IMG/VR virus record: IMGVR_UViG_3300008108_000086
DNA length: 64,000 nucleotides
Origin: an uncultured virus (IMG/VR IMGVR_UViG_3300008108_000086)
Lineage: Duplodnaviria; Heunggongvirae; Uroviricota; Caudoviricetes
Reading direction: 5' to 3' (one strand)
Position numbers and translations under genes: made by a program. The first letter of the stretch is position 1; each line of letters opens with the position of its first letter. Below, piece by piece: positions 26,890 to 37,400 of this stretch. Below the pieces are notes generated by a model. The model did not search any database and was not told where the DNA came from. It worked only from the letters and a program-made list of their open reading frames with translations.

Positions 26890-27485
26890 TGCAATACTTT
26901 AATTCTTTACCAAAAATAAGATACGTGGACCAAAACAACGTTACCACAGTCTATACAAATTTGATGGCAAGAGCAAGTGTAATACCAAGTGTATTAAATA
27001 ATGCTCTGGTTTATTATAGTTATGATGTACAAGACGGTGATACTCCTGAAATTATTGCTTACAAATATTACGGAGATATCAATCGTTTTTGGATTGTTTT
27101 ATATTGTAATCAATTAAATGATCCACAATGGGACTGGCCATTAAGTTCAAATAAATTTCAAAAATATATTTTAAACAAATACAATACTAATAATTTAAAT
27201 TTTACACATCATTATGAAAAAATTACCACACAAACAAATATAAACACAAATACAACAACCGTTGAAACTGAAACAATTTCACAAGAAGTTTACAACAGTT
27301 TGCAACCTAATACAACAAGTACATATACATTAGGTTCAGAAATAATTCAGGTAAATGTTGCAAAAAAGGTAGTTACAAATTATGAATATGAAACTACTTT
27401 AAATGAATCAAAAAGAAACATAAAGATATTGAATAAGATTTATGCTGATACATTAGAAGCACAATTTTTAGAATTGATGAAGTAA
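26889..27485 (+). CDS. gp53: baseplate wedge subunit gp53
   Basis: YFNSLP...DGDTPEIIAYKYYG...WIVL..N...DWPL...NESKRNIKIL. Confidence 0.88.
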   Translation: MQYFNSLPKIRYVDQNNVTTVYTNLMARASVIPSVLNNALVYYSYDVQDGDTPEIIAYKYYGDINRFWIVLYCNQLNDPQWDWPLSSNKFQKYILNKYNTNNLNFTHHYEKITTQTNINTNTTTVETETISQEVYNSLQPNTTSTYTLGSEIIQVNVAKKVVTNYEYETTLNESKRNIKILNKIYADTLEAQFLELMK

Positions 27486-27486
27486 T

Positions 27487-28836
27487 ATGGCTGAAGATAA
27501 TAGCGCACCAGCAGGTGGACCAAGATATGCACAAGACTTCAATTTAGAAGCAGTGGATATTATTACCGATTATGGTGATGTTTTTAAATTAAAGCATTTG
27601 GTAATTGAATTGTCTTTTTTTGAGGACATATACTCTTTTGCTTGTTCTGGTAATGTTGTTTTACGTGATGCTGTCGGTATTATCGAAAAACTCAGATTAG
27701 ATGGTTCAGAATTTATTGAGATTATCTACGGAAAATCAAAAAATCAATCATCAGAATATAAAAATTCAAGAAAATATAGATTATATAAGGTTGGTAATAG
27801 AAAACCAGCTGGCAATAAAAACTCCGAATTCTTTACAATGTATTTTTCATCGGAAGAATTGTTTTTGTCGGAACAACTGAAGATTTCTAAATCTTTCAAA
27901 GGAACAGTAATATCCGACATTATAAGTAGTTTACTTTTGGATGAATTCAATGGATTAAAAGTTAATCCCAAAAAAGTCAAATACATACAACAAACATATG
28001 GTGTTTATGATTTTGTTATACCTAGAATAAAACCATTTGAAGCAATAAGTTGGTTATCAACATATGCAAGGCCAGATATTAATGGTGGTGCAGATATGTT
28101 ATTCTATGAGACAAACGATGGATTTTACTTTCAATCAATACAATCAATGTTTGCGGATACTCCTTATGCAACATACAAATATCAACCATCGGACCTGAAT
28201 TATGGTAGCAGAGCTGAAAATATGTTTAACATTCTGGATTATGAATTCGTAAAAACATATGACACTCTAGAAGCAACAAATTCTGGTATGTATGCCAACA
28301 GATTGATTTCAATTGATCCAATTAAAAGAACAAAGACGGTTACAAATTTTAGTAAAGATGAATTGGGATATACACAATCAGGTTCAGCAATCAATAGATT
28401 TGGTAAACACCAAACACAAATGTATGAAAGTTCTTTGAAATTGGCATTTAGTAATGCAAATCAAATCGACCAAGAATATATAAGTCAAAAACCGGATGGC
28501 GTGGCCAAAGACATATACATAGAGACATACGTGCCTAATAGGACTGCACAAATTGCCTTGTCGAATTACACGTTGATGAAGGCAATAATACCTGGAGACA
28601 GTAGTATAACAGCAGGAAGAACAGTTAATATTTTGTTATATTCTTTAGGCACGGAAGGCACACCAACAGCAGCCACAAGACAGAAAGATGAATATTTTTC
28701 AGGCATATATCTTGTAACTGCTGTTAGGCATATTATACAAACACAAGGTACATATCAAACTGTTTTGGAATTAGCAAAAGAAAACACTAAATTGAAATAT
28801 CAAGACCAATCATACTTGGGAGCAGTGAATGAGTAG
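27487..28836 (+). CDS. baseplate hub protein (gp27-like)
   Basis: Between gp53 and gp5; FEDIYS...SG, PFEAISWL, FYET..GFYF, IPGDS...SGIYLVTAVRH. Confidence 0.65.
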   Translation: MAEDNSAPAGGPRYAQDFNLEAVDIITDYGDVFKLKHLVIELSFFEDIYSFACSGNVVLRDAVGIIEKLRLDGSEFIEIIYGKSKNQSSEYKNSRKYRLYKVGNRKPAGNKNSEFFTMYFSSEELFLSEQLKISKSFKGTVISDIISSLLLDEFNGLKVNPKKVKYIQQTYGVYDFVIPRIKPFEAISWLSTYARPDINGGADMLFYETNDGFYFQSIQSMFADTPYATYKYQPSDLNYGSRAENMFNILDYEFVKTYDTLEATNSGMYANRLISIDPIKRTKTVTNFSKDELGYTQSGSAINRFGKHQTQMYESSLKLAFSNANQIDQEYISQKPDGVAKDIYIETYVPNRTAQIALSNYTLMKAIIPGDSSITAGRTVNILLYSLGTEGTPTAATRQKDEYFSGIYLVTAVRHIIQTQGTYQTVLELAKENTKLKYQDQSYLGAVNE

Positions 28837-29155
28837 TAATTTTATAGGCAAAGATGGATTTATTTGGTGGATAGGCATTAATGAATTCAGAGGTGATCCG
28901 TTGGGCCTAGGTAGATGCAAGGTTAGAATTTTTGGTTGGCACACCGACAACAAAATAGATTTACCAACGGAAGATTTGCCTTGGGCTCTTCCAATGTATC
29001 CTATTAATCATTCAAAATCATTTTCAGCACCTATGTTGGGTGAGTGGATTGTAGGGTTTTTTATGGATGGTGAATCAGGTCAGGCACCGGTGATGATGGG
29101 TGTTTTACCTGGATTAGAAAAAGAACCAGACCAAACAACACAAGAGTATATTTAA
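28829..29155 (+). CDS. gp5: gp5 N-terminal OB-fold domain (stand-alone)
   Basis: FIWWIG...DPLGLGRCKVRIFGWH...LPWA...GEWIVGFFMDGE..QAPVMMG. Confidence 0.85.
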   Translation: MSSNFIGKDGFIWWIGINEFRGDPLGLGRCKVRIFGWHTDNKIDLPTEDLPWALPMYPINHSKSFSAPMLGEWIVGFFMDGESGQAPVMMGVLPGLEKEPDQTTQEYI

Positions 29156-29156
29156 A

Positions 29157-29987
29157 ATGGCAGATACAGTAGAACCAACAGGACCAGAAGCAAAAGATTT
29201 ACCAATAGTTGGTAATGAAAATCTGAAACCACCTCCTGGTGCAGAGAATGATGGCCGTGTTCCAGGAACACCAACAATACCGATGTGTGCAAGAAGTGTT
29301 GTTACTGGAACAAGTAGAGGTAACAACAATAAAAAATTGGCTCACGTTTGTAGTTTTATTGATGAAATGAGAAAAAACATATATCTGAAAAAATTCATCA
29401 AATCTACAGCACAAGCAATTAGAGAACAAATCCGTAATATTTTGAAGATACTTGGTTTGAGTGATAAGTCAGGTGCATTTGCAGCAATTTCAGCCAAACT
29501 CAAAGAAGCGGCTCGTTGGTTGAAAACGGTGCAGAAATTCTTAAAAGACGTTATTGATTTTGAGAGATATGTACTAGCATACGTTACAAAAATTAGAGCC
29601 ATTATTGCTTGGATACGTTCTTTGCCCGCTAGATTCTTAGCATTATTAGCACAATGTTTGGCCAAATTCCTAAAACTGGTTGGTAGTGTTTTGACAGATT
29701 TCTGGCAAGAATTGACAGCCGGATCAGACAGTGGTTTGGGAGAGTTAGTTAGTTCAGCAAAAACACTCGCAAACGAAACAATTAAAACTGTTCAATTAGC
29801 AGGCACAGCAGCTGCGGGAGTAGTTGTTATTGCTGGAGCAGCGACAACAGGATTATTGGTGCCAACTTCTGCTGCAGAAGTTTCGGCAGCAAATAGAACG
29901 ATTGCAAATTACAATGCAACTTTACCAACAGCAGAAAATGTATCCGCTCAGGCAGTTGTACCGAACCAAAACAAATCTACACCTTAA
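29157..29987 (+). CDS. hypothetical baseplate-associated helical protein
   Basis: 276-aa ORF between the two gp5 parts. Confidence 0.65.
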   Translation: MADTVEPTGPEAKDLPIVGNENLKPPPGAENDGRVPGTPTIPMCARSVVTGTSRGNNNKKLAHVCSFIDEMRKNIYLKKFIKSTAQAIREQIRNILKILGLSDKSGAFAAISAKLKEAARWLKTVQKFLKDVIDFERYVLAYVTKIRAIIAWIRSLPARFLALLAQCLAKFLKLVGSVLTDFWQELTAGSDSGLGELVSSAKTLANETIKTVQLAGTAAAGVVVIAGAATTGLLVPTSAAEVSAANRTIANYNATLPTAENVSAQAVVPNQNKSTP

Positions 29988-29990
29988 ATT

Positions 29991-30854
29991 ATGTCTGAAA
30001 TTAATTCACCCCCAATAGAAAATACGTGGACAGAACCAGAGTCTGCTGCAAACACATATTACCAACCAATATATCCTTACAATAATGTACAGCAAACTGA
30101 AGCTGGACATAAATTTGAAATGGACGACACGCCAACCAGAGAACGTGTGTGTTTATCGCATAGGTCAGGAACATTTATAGAGATGCATCCGAATGGTGAT
30201 GAAGTACACAAAGTTTATGGCAACGGATTCACAATCATCGTTTCAAATAAAAACATATTAATTGGTGGTGATTGTAATATTGAGATTGAAGGTAACTGCA
30301 ACCTGAACGTTCTAAAAGACATGAATGTACAGGTAGGTGGAAATTATAACTTACAAGTCAGAGGTGAGACAAACATTAGGTCTGTTGGTGATGTAGATAT
30401 TTTAGGTGATGCTGATGTAAGAATTACGGCTGATGAAAATTTTGGTGGTACCATGTATCTTGGTGCTGCTGACCATATATCCATAGCATCCGATTTGAAC
30501 GTTGGTGGTTCGATACATGCAGACATGATTAATGCTGAATCTAGAGTTACCGCAGGCACAGGTGTTTTTGCAGGATTTGATGGATTCACAACATCTGGTG
30601 GTGTATCTGCTGGATTTCCAACACCAGCGACACCTATTGCAGTTCCTGGTCAAATTAATGCACTAGGTAGTGTGTATGCTGCGGTTTCAGTAAATGCGCC
30701 TTTGGCCAATTTCTCATTGGCAAGAATTGGTGTTATGGATGCAGTATTAATGTCAGATAAAATCAATACAGCTATATTTGACACACACATTCATGGAAAC
30801 GGCAATAACGGATTTCCAACAACAAACCCATTCACGCCCTTTGTAGGAGTATAA
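29991..30854 (+). CDS. gp5: gp5 C-terminal beta-helix spike protein
   Basis: YPYNNV.QTEAGH.FEMDDTP..ER...HRSGTF.E, VxG repeats, terminal HIH. Confidence 0.82.
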   Translation: MSEINSPPIENTWTEPESAANTYYQPIYPYNNVQQTEAGHKFEMDDTPTRERVCLSHRSGTFIEMHPNGDEVHKVYGNGFTIIVSNKNILIGGDCNIEIEGNCNLNVLKDMNVQVGGNYNLQVRGETNIRSVGDVDILGDADVRITADENFGGTMYLGAADHISIASDLNVGGSIHADMINAESRVTAGTGVFAGFDGFTTSGGVSAGFPTPATPIAVPGQINALGSVYAAVSVNAPLANFSLARIGVMDAVLMSDKINTAIFDTHIHGNGNNGFPTTNPFTPFVGV

Positions 30855-30856
30855 TT

Positions 30857-31687
30857 ATGACAGCAGTGGCAAATGCAGCGGGAGTTTTTCACTCTTTTGG
30901 ATACAGTTTTGATGATCCAAATGGACACATACAAGAACTATCACAAGACACAATAGAACATTTGGATGCTATGCCTCCTTTTATTACGGATTGGCAAGCA
31001 CAAGATATTGCAAATAAAGATTTCGATGGTTATTATCAAAATCCTATGCAAAGCATCACTATGTTAATATATCAAAATGCCAATGCAATTAGTGAACTTG
31101 CAAATACCGGAAACGGAGTATTAAATTTAGTAACTGTTCGCAATTCAGCAACACAATTAAGAAGTAATGCACAAGAGTTTTTATCACACACAAGTAGACT
31201 GTCTGGTTTAACTCCATATGTTGGAACAGATGATATTAATCCCTACCTTGATATGGCCATGAGTTTTGGTAGAACAGCAATGTATATCACTCAACAAACC
31301 GATGGTATCACAAACAATGCACCTATTATGGGTAGTTTTACTAGTTTGATGATTGAACCACAACTCATTGCAAACAATAACACACTGTTAACCTACAAAA
31401 ATCAAATTCAAGGCAGCATTAATGTGTCATTTGACATAGTTTTGCAAGAAAATGTACACAATTCAAATTTGACAAATCAACAAATTACAACTATAAACAC
31501 ACATATTAATAATTTGAATAATTACATGCAAACCAGAAGAATAGCTGATATTAATTTCTACAATAATGTAAAATATTTCATTGAAGGATACAATAAAACC
31601 AAGAAACTGAATAATATGGGTGAAACTGAGAAATACTTGATTATGAATTTGATTGGTACCGAAAAGGCCAAGACAAGAATTGCATAA
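30857..31687 (+). CDS. hypothetical structural protein
   Basis: 276-aa ORF with AGGAG RBS in the baseplate cluster. Confidence 0.7.
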   Translation: MTAVANAAGVFHSFGYSFDDPNGHIQELSQDTIEHLDAMPPFITDWQAQDIANKDFDGYYQNPMQSITMLIYQNANAISELANTGNGVLNLVTVRNSATQLRSNAQEFLSHTSRLSGLTPYVGTDDINPYLDMAMSFGRTAMYITQQTDGITNNAPIMGSFTSLMIEPQLIANNNTLLTYKNQIQGSINVSFDIVLQENVHNSNLTNQQITTINTHINNLNNYMQTRRIADINFYNNVKYFIEGYNKTKKLNNMGETEKYLIMNLIGTEKAKTRIA

Positions 31688-31784
31688 TTGCCGAAATTTC
31701 GAATTTTTGCGTTCCGGCCCAAGAATTTTCTCCCACAGCTTCAAAAGTCCAAAAAAGCGTTTTACTCCTAGACATAAATAAAAG

Positions 31785-32186
31785 ATGGCAACCATACAAA
31801 CTTTACAAAAACTCTACTCCGATATAGACTTCACACTCGCCAAGAGACCTGTGTTGAATGATATCGCTTTAAGTTATGATAATCAGGCCATCATCCGTTC
31901 AGTGAGAAACATATTATCAACAAAAAAGTTTGAGAAACTATGGAATCCAGATTTTGGATCTAATATAGACACCCTTTTATTTGAAAATATCTCCAGTGTT
32001 ACGGCTGCGGCTTTAGAAAAAGAGATTTCAGTTGCAATTGAAAACTATGAACCTAGGGTAAATATGAAAAATGTAGTGGTGACACCATACATCGACAAAA
32101 ATGCTTATGATGTTACACTAACATTTTATATAGCAAATGCAACACAACCAACTACTGTAACAGTTTTTTTAGAGAGAAACAGATAA
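31785..32186 (+). CDS. gp25: baseplate wedge subunit gp25
   Basis: YSDIDF...AIIRSVRNIL...PDFGS...LFE...IENYEPRV. Confidence 0.9.
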   Translation: MATIQTLQKLYSDIDFTLAKRPVLNDIALSYDNQAIIRSVRNILSTKKFEKLWNPDFGSNIDTLLFENISSVTAAALEKEISVAIENYEPRVNMKNVVVTPYIDKNAYDVTLTFYIANATQPTTVTVFLERNR

Positions 32187-32187
32187 A

Positions 32188-34266
32188 ATGGCAGGTGCTA
32201 ATTCAAACTTCAACATAACCGAACTAGATTTTGGTTCAATCAAAGACAGTTTAAAGAACTATATGAAGGACAATGGTGTCCTTAATGATTATAATTATGA
32301 AGGTTCTGCAATTTCCACACTCCTAGATGTATTAGCATACAATACGCAGTATAATGCATATTACTTGAACATGGTTGCAAATGAAATGTTTTTGGATACT
32401 GCATTGCAAAGAAATTCAGTGGTTTCTCAAGCAAAACTATTAAATTATACACCGAAATCAGCAATTGCACCATCAGCCACAATCAATTTGAGAATAAATG
32501 GTGTAACAGATTCGACTATAACTTTACCAAAATATACAAACTTTCTTTCAGAAGCAATTGATGGCATCAATTATAATTTTGTAAATACAGATGCACATAC
32601 TGTGGATGTTGTTAATGGTGTCGCACAATTTAATAACCTAACACTGAAACAAGGCAGACCACAAATAAATTCATTTCTGGTAGACACTGGAACAAATCCA
32701 AAAAGTCTATTCAAGTTACCAGACACAGACATAGACACAACAACACTTTTGGTGGCAGTACAACAATCTACATCAAACACTTCGTTAACAACATATAGAC
32801 CATCAACAGACTATCTATCTTTAGGTAACGATTCTGAGGTATATTTCCTACAAGAAGGTCTAAATGGTTACTACGAAATTTATTTCGGCAATAACATTTT
32901 AGGTAAAAGTTTAAATAACGGTAATATTGTTCGTGTTTCATATGTTACAACTCAAGGATTAAATTCCGCTGGCGCAAATAATTTTGTCATAATGAATACT
33001 GTTGCAGGTTACAGTAACACGGTTATTACACCGATAACTTCTGCAACACAAGGTTCTCCAAAAGAAACCATCGACTCTATTCGTTTTCAAGCACCAAAAT
33101 CTTATGCTGCACAAGGTCGTGCAGTAACTAAAGATGATTACATAACAGCGATTCAACAAAATACATTAGGTTATTCTTTTGATGCAGTGAATGTTTGGGG
33201 TGGCCAACAAAATGATCCTCCTGTTTATGGTCGTGTATTTGTTTGTATGAAACCGACTGGTGCATATACGATTACAGAAAATCAAAAATCAAAACTGATT
33301 AAAGACGTTTTAAAGCCAATTTCTTTAATGACAATTGAACCAACGATTGTTGATCCAGATTATACTTACGTACAAATTACAGCAAATGTGTTGTATGATC
33401 CAAAGAAAACAACTGCTACATCGGCACAAATTAAGGCTGCCGTTAGAAATGTTATCAATCAATACGCTAGGTCAACTTTAAATACTTTTAATTCGACATT
33501 CAAAGCGTCCGATTTCAACAATAGAATCAACGCAACCGATTCTTCTATTATCACAAATGAAATTTCTATCAAGTTACAAAAGAAATTCTTTCCAAATTTA
33601 AGTACACCAACAACATACAAACTATATTACGGAACAGAACTGAAAAAAGGTATGTTCTTGACTGGTATATTGAGTTCACCAACAGTGGTCTATAGAAATC
33701 CATTAAACTTGGCGCAAACTATTCAAGGCCTTTATATCGAGGAAGTACCTTCATCCTCAGGTGGTGTGGAATCTATTACAGTTACAAATCCTGGTTATGG
33801 TTATGAATATCCACCAAAGATTACTATATTAGGTGATGGTTCTGGTGCAACAGCAGAAGCAGTAGTAGTGAATGGTGTTATTAAAAGAATTAATGTGCTG
33901 ACAAAAGGTACAGGTTATACATCAGCAATATTGACAATAACAAATGCGGCCAACGATACAACAGGTACACTTGGTGCAGCAACAGTTATGCTTGAAGGTA
34001 AATATGGTACATTAAGAACTTATTTTAATGATACATTTAACGTGAAAACAGTCTTCAATGGTAATATTGGTACAGTAGACTACAATAATGGTATCGTTAC
34101 ATTAAATGCGTTTTCACCTATTACAGTTGACAATGAATTAGGTCAACTAACATTGACTACAACACCTACATCAACTATTATATCATCTTCTTACAACAGA
34201 ATCATTACAGTGGATGAATTTGATCCACAATCAATCATTGTCAATGTAACAGCTAAAACAACATGA
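32188..34266 (+). CDS. gp6: baseplate wedge subunit gp6
   Basis: ELDFGSIK...DYNYEGS...LAYNT...NEMFLDTA..R.SVVS.AK...QGRAVT..DY. Confidence 0.92.
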   Translation: MAGANSNFNITELDFGSIKDSLKNYMKDNGVLNDYNYEGSAISTLLDVLAYNTQYNAYYLNMVANEMFLDTALQRNSVVSQAKLLNYTPKSAIAPSATINLRINGVTDSTITLPKYTNFLSEAIDGINYNFVNTDAHTVDVVNGVAQFNNLTLKQGRPQINSFLVDTGTNPKSLFKLPDTDIDTTTLLVAVQQSTSNTSLTTYRPSTDYLSLGNDSEVYFLQEGLNGYYEIYFGNNILGKSLNNGNIVRVSYVTTQGLNSAGANNFVIMNTVAGYSNTVITPITSATQGSPKETIDSIRFQAPKSYAAQGRAVTKDDYITAIQQNTLGYSFDAVNVWGGQQNDPPVYGRVFVCMKPTGAYTITENQKSKLIKDVLKPISLMTIEPTIVDPDYTYVQITANVLYDPKKTTATSAQIKAAVRNVINQYARSTLNTFNSTFKASDFNNRINATDSSIITNEISIKLQKKFFPNLSTPTTYKLYYGTELKKGMFLTGILSSPTVVYRNPLNLAQTIQGLYIEEVPSSSGGVESITVTNPGYGYEYPPKITILGDGSGATAEAVVVNGVIKRINVLTKGTGYTSAILTITNAANDTTGTLGAATVMLEGKYGTLRTYFNDTFNVKTVFNGNIGTVDYNNGIVTLNAFSPITVDNELGQLTLTTTPTSTIISSSYNRIITVDEFDPQSIIVNVTAKTT

Positions 34267-37200
34267 TAGAAAACGGCCAACTAACCTCTTTATTGGTCAA
34301 GGACCAATTACCTGAGCACATTCGTGACAATGACCAGTATATAAACTTTCACACGTTTATTAAGGCATACTATGAATGGATGGAAGAAACAGGTAAAGTT
34401 ACCGAACGTACCAAGAATCTGTTATCATACAAAGATATTGATACCACAACAGAAGAATTTTTAGATTACTTTACTAATGATTTTTTACCATTCTTTCCAA
34501 AAGATACTCTGTTAAGTAAAGAAGAAGCAGTTAAGGTTGCAAGACAATTATACCAAACAAAAGGTACACCGGCATCGTATGAATTTCTTTTTCGTATCCT
34601 TTTTAACTCAGACTTTGAAGTTTTCAATACAAAAGAAGCGGTGTTTAAAGCATCTGCTGGTACATGGTATGTTTCAAAGAGTTTAAAACTTGCATCAAGT
34701 AATCGTAATTTTTTAAATACTAAAAACCTAAGAGTCTTTGGTTTAGAATCAAAATCAATCGCAACTATTGAGTCCGCAGTTTTAGTTGGTGAGAAAACAG
34801 AAATTTTTATTTCAGATATTCAACGACTGTTTGAATCTGGAGAATTCATTAAGATAGTTGACTCGAACAACCAAGATGTGTTGTTTAACGGTCAAATACT
34901 TACAGCAAAAATTGTAGGTCAAATCAGTCAAATTAAAATAAACTCTGTCAAACGTGGTTCTTTATACCAACCAGGTGATCCTGTTGTTGTATATGATGGT
35001 ATGGATGATGACACCACTGGTGTTGGTGCATCGGCTATTGTTTCAGAAACAACAAGAGGTTCTCTACAACGTATCAATGTTGTGAATGGTGGTTTTGGTT
35101 ATACTTTAAAACCAAACACAGTTGTTACAGTGGCTGGTGGTGGAGGTGCCAAAGCAAACGTATATGCTTTGTCTAATTTCTTACCACCATCTTACACGAT
35201 TGTTCAAGGCGGTTCAGGTTATAGAGTAAACGATAGAGTAAATTATGCTAATGCGGCCTTTGCTTACGTTACTAGTGTTAGTGGAACAGGTTCGATTACA
35301 GGCATTAGATATGTGCCTTCTGTAAATGCACAGGCTGTTGTTAGTCTTACCGCAACAGTTCAATCATCCAATGTTTTGGCCAGTGGTGCAGTTATAACAA
35401 CAGCATCAGCACCTGGTAATGCAAGAGCAAATGTTAGTTACATTACAACTGATGTTATTGGATTTAAAGATGATGTTCTAATTGGTAATAGTAATTTCTT
35501 TTTTGCAAACATGGCAAGTGCAAATGCAAACACAAGAATGATTGATGCATTATCTTTCAGTACACTAGAAACAAGTTCAATTTTTAGTATGATTGTTGAC
35601 AATGGTGGCGGTGGTATTGCATCTATACCAACCATCGAGGTCACTTCTACAGTACCCACAGAAGATGAGTTTGATGTTTACTCAGCCAAACGTTCTGATA
35701 TTGCACCACTTGGTATACTTGCACCAATTCAAATCATTAATGGTGGAGGTTGGTATCAAGCAAACGACAGAATAGTTTTCACTGGAGGTTCTGGACGAGG
35801 TGCATATGCAAATGTAACCAGTGTTGGTGCAAACGGTACCATAACAGGAATATCCTATTTTTATAATCCAGCCGATGCATTTCCACTTTATCCATTAGGT
35901 GGAAATGGTTATAAAAATGAATTTTTACCTTCAGTCAGTGTTCAATCAGCAAACGCAAAAGCATCTGGCGCAATCATAACAGTACCTGGAATACTAGGTA
36001 CTGGTGCTGACTTCTCATTAGTTGTTGACCGTGTTGGTTCAATTACTACAATTGGCATACAAAATTATGGTGAAGATTACTCATCACAACCAGGTGTCTC
36101 GTTAAAGATACAAGATATTGTTGTGTCAAACGTTGCGATTGAAAATCTACCACGTAAAGGTGAGGTCATCTATCAAGGTCCGACAATCAACCTATCAACA
36201 TATACCGCCAGAGTTAATTCAGTATCTTTATTGGCTCCAGATGCAAACACACAATTGTCACTGTACAATCTACAGGTGTTCAACTACAATGCAAATCCAA
36301 ATCCAAATTTAACATTGAAGATATTGGGTGAGGATAGAAACATCAACTTGGTAATGGCCAACTCGGCATTTCCACAATTTGAAAAGACATATAGTTATTT
36401 TGATGCATCAGGTAACAGAACAGTATACACCAGAAACTATAACAAACAAGGTTACATTTCATATGGTGATGGTTCTGCAAAAGCAAACGCAACATTCTTA
36501 AATGGCTTGGTCATTGGTGATGGTCAGTATTTGACCTCACAAGGACAGCCAAGTTCATTTGACATTATGCAGGATGATAGGTACAATAACTTTACCTATT
36601 TAATTACAGTTGACAAAGAGATTTCAAAATACAGAGAAGTTCTTTTAGGTCTGTTGCATCCTGTAGGAACAAATGTATTAGGTCGTTATGGTTTAAAATC
36701 AAACAACAATATAAATTCACACACTTTTGAAGCATTGTATGTAGGTAAACCATGGTCATATTATATCGGTGAACATGTAGAAGATGTGGTAACAATTGTA
36801 ACAGATTTTACCAATAGAAGTAACAACATAGTTAAAATCAATCACAAAAGTGGTGCAAACTTGGAACAAATATTCAATGCAGACACACACATCAGCATTG
36901 AAACAAAGAATGGTCCAAATGTATATTCAGAAATTGTTGCGGTTAATGATGCCGCAAACACAATAACACTTGCAAGTAATGTTTGGTTAACCTATGCAAA
37001 CGTTGCGGTGGTAACAGGAAACTCTGGTTCAAACGTACTAAATATTACATCTCTGACTGGTCTATATGATTTGATGAATAATGGAAACTATAGTGATTCG
37101 GAAAATCCTATAAGAGATATTGTTTACCGTGGTGATGTTGTTCTTGTTGATAATAATTCAAGCAAAGTGGTTAACACAGTTGATTATGTAAACAAAAAAA

Positions 37201-37397
37201 TATATTTGACGACCAATTTGAGTTCGACAACAAATTCTTATATAGCTGTAAAAAGAACCTTCATTGCAAATAGTACAATATCATCAAATCAAATTCAAGT
37301 ATATGGTTCAGCTGGATTACCATATATACCAGAACTCGCCACTGAAGATGGTGATACATTAATAACAGAAGATGGAAAAACAATCCTATTGGGGTAA
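34263..37397 (+). CDS. gp7: baseplate wedge initiator gp7-like protein
   Basis: QLPEHIR...FIKAYYEWME...YQTKGT..SYEFLFRILF...QD..YNNFTY...LHPVG. Confidence 0.78.
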   Translation: MIENGQLTSLLVKDQLPEHIRDNDQYINFHTFIKAYYEWMEETGKVTERTKNLLSYKDIDTTTEEFLDYFTNDFLPFFPKDTLLSKEEAVKVARQLYQTKGTPASYEFLFRILFNSDFEVFNTKEAVFKASAGTWYVSKSLKLASSNRNFLNTKNLRVFGLESKSIATIESAVLVGEKTEIFISDIQRLFESGEFIKIVDSNNQDVLFNGQILTAKIVGQISQIKINSVKRGSLYQPGDPVVVYDGMDDDTTGVGASAIVSETTRGSLQRINVVNGGFGYTLKPNTVVTVAGGGGAKANVYALSNFLPPSYTIVQGGSGYRVNDRVNYANAAFAYVTSVSGTGSITGIRYVPSVNAQAVVSLTATVQSSNVLASGAVITTASAPGNARANVSYITTDVIGFKDDVLIGNSNFFFANMASANANTRMIDALSFSTLETSSIFSMIVDNGGGGIASIPTIEVTSTVPTEDEFDVYSAKRSDIAPLGILAPIQIINGGGWYQANDRIVFTGGSGRGAYANVTSVGANGTITGISYFYNPADAFPLYPLGGNGYKNEFLPSVSVQSANAKASGAIITVPGILGTGADFSLVVDRVGSITTIGIQNYGEDYSSQPGVSLKIQDIVVSNVAIENLPRKGEVIYQGPTINLSTYTARVNSVSLLAPDANTQLSLYNLQVFNYNANPNPNLTLKILGEDRNINLVMANSAFPQFEKTYSYFDASGNRTVYTRNYNKQGYISYGDGSAKANATFLNGLVIGDGQYLTSQGQPSSFDIMQDDRYNNFTYLITVDKEISKYREVLLGLLHPVGTNVLGRYGLKSNNNINSHTFEALYVGKPWSYYIGEHVEDVVTIVTDFTNRSNNIVKINHKSGANLEQIFNADTHISIETKNGPNVYSEIVAVNDAANTITLASNVWLTYANVAVVTGNSGSNVLNITSLTGLYDLMNNGNYSDSENPIRDIVYRGDVVLVDNNSSKVVNTVDYVNKKIYLTTNLSSTTNSYIAVKRTFIANSTISSNQIQVYGSAGLPYIPELATEDGDTLITEDGKTILLG

Positions 37398-37400
37398 ACA

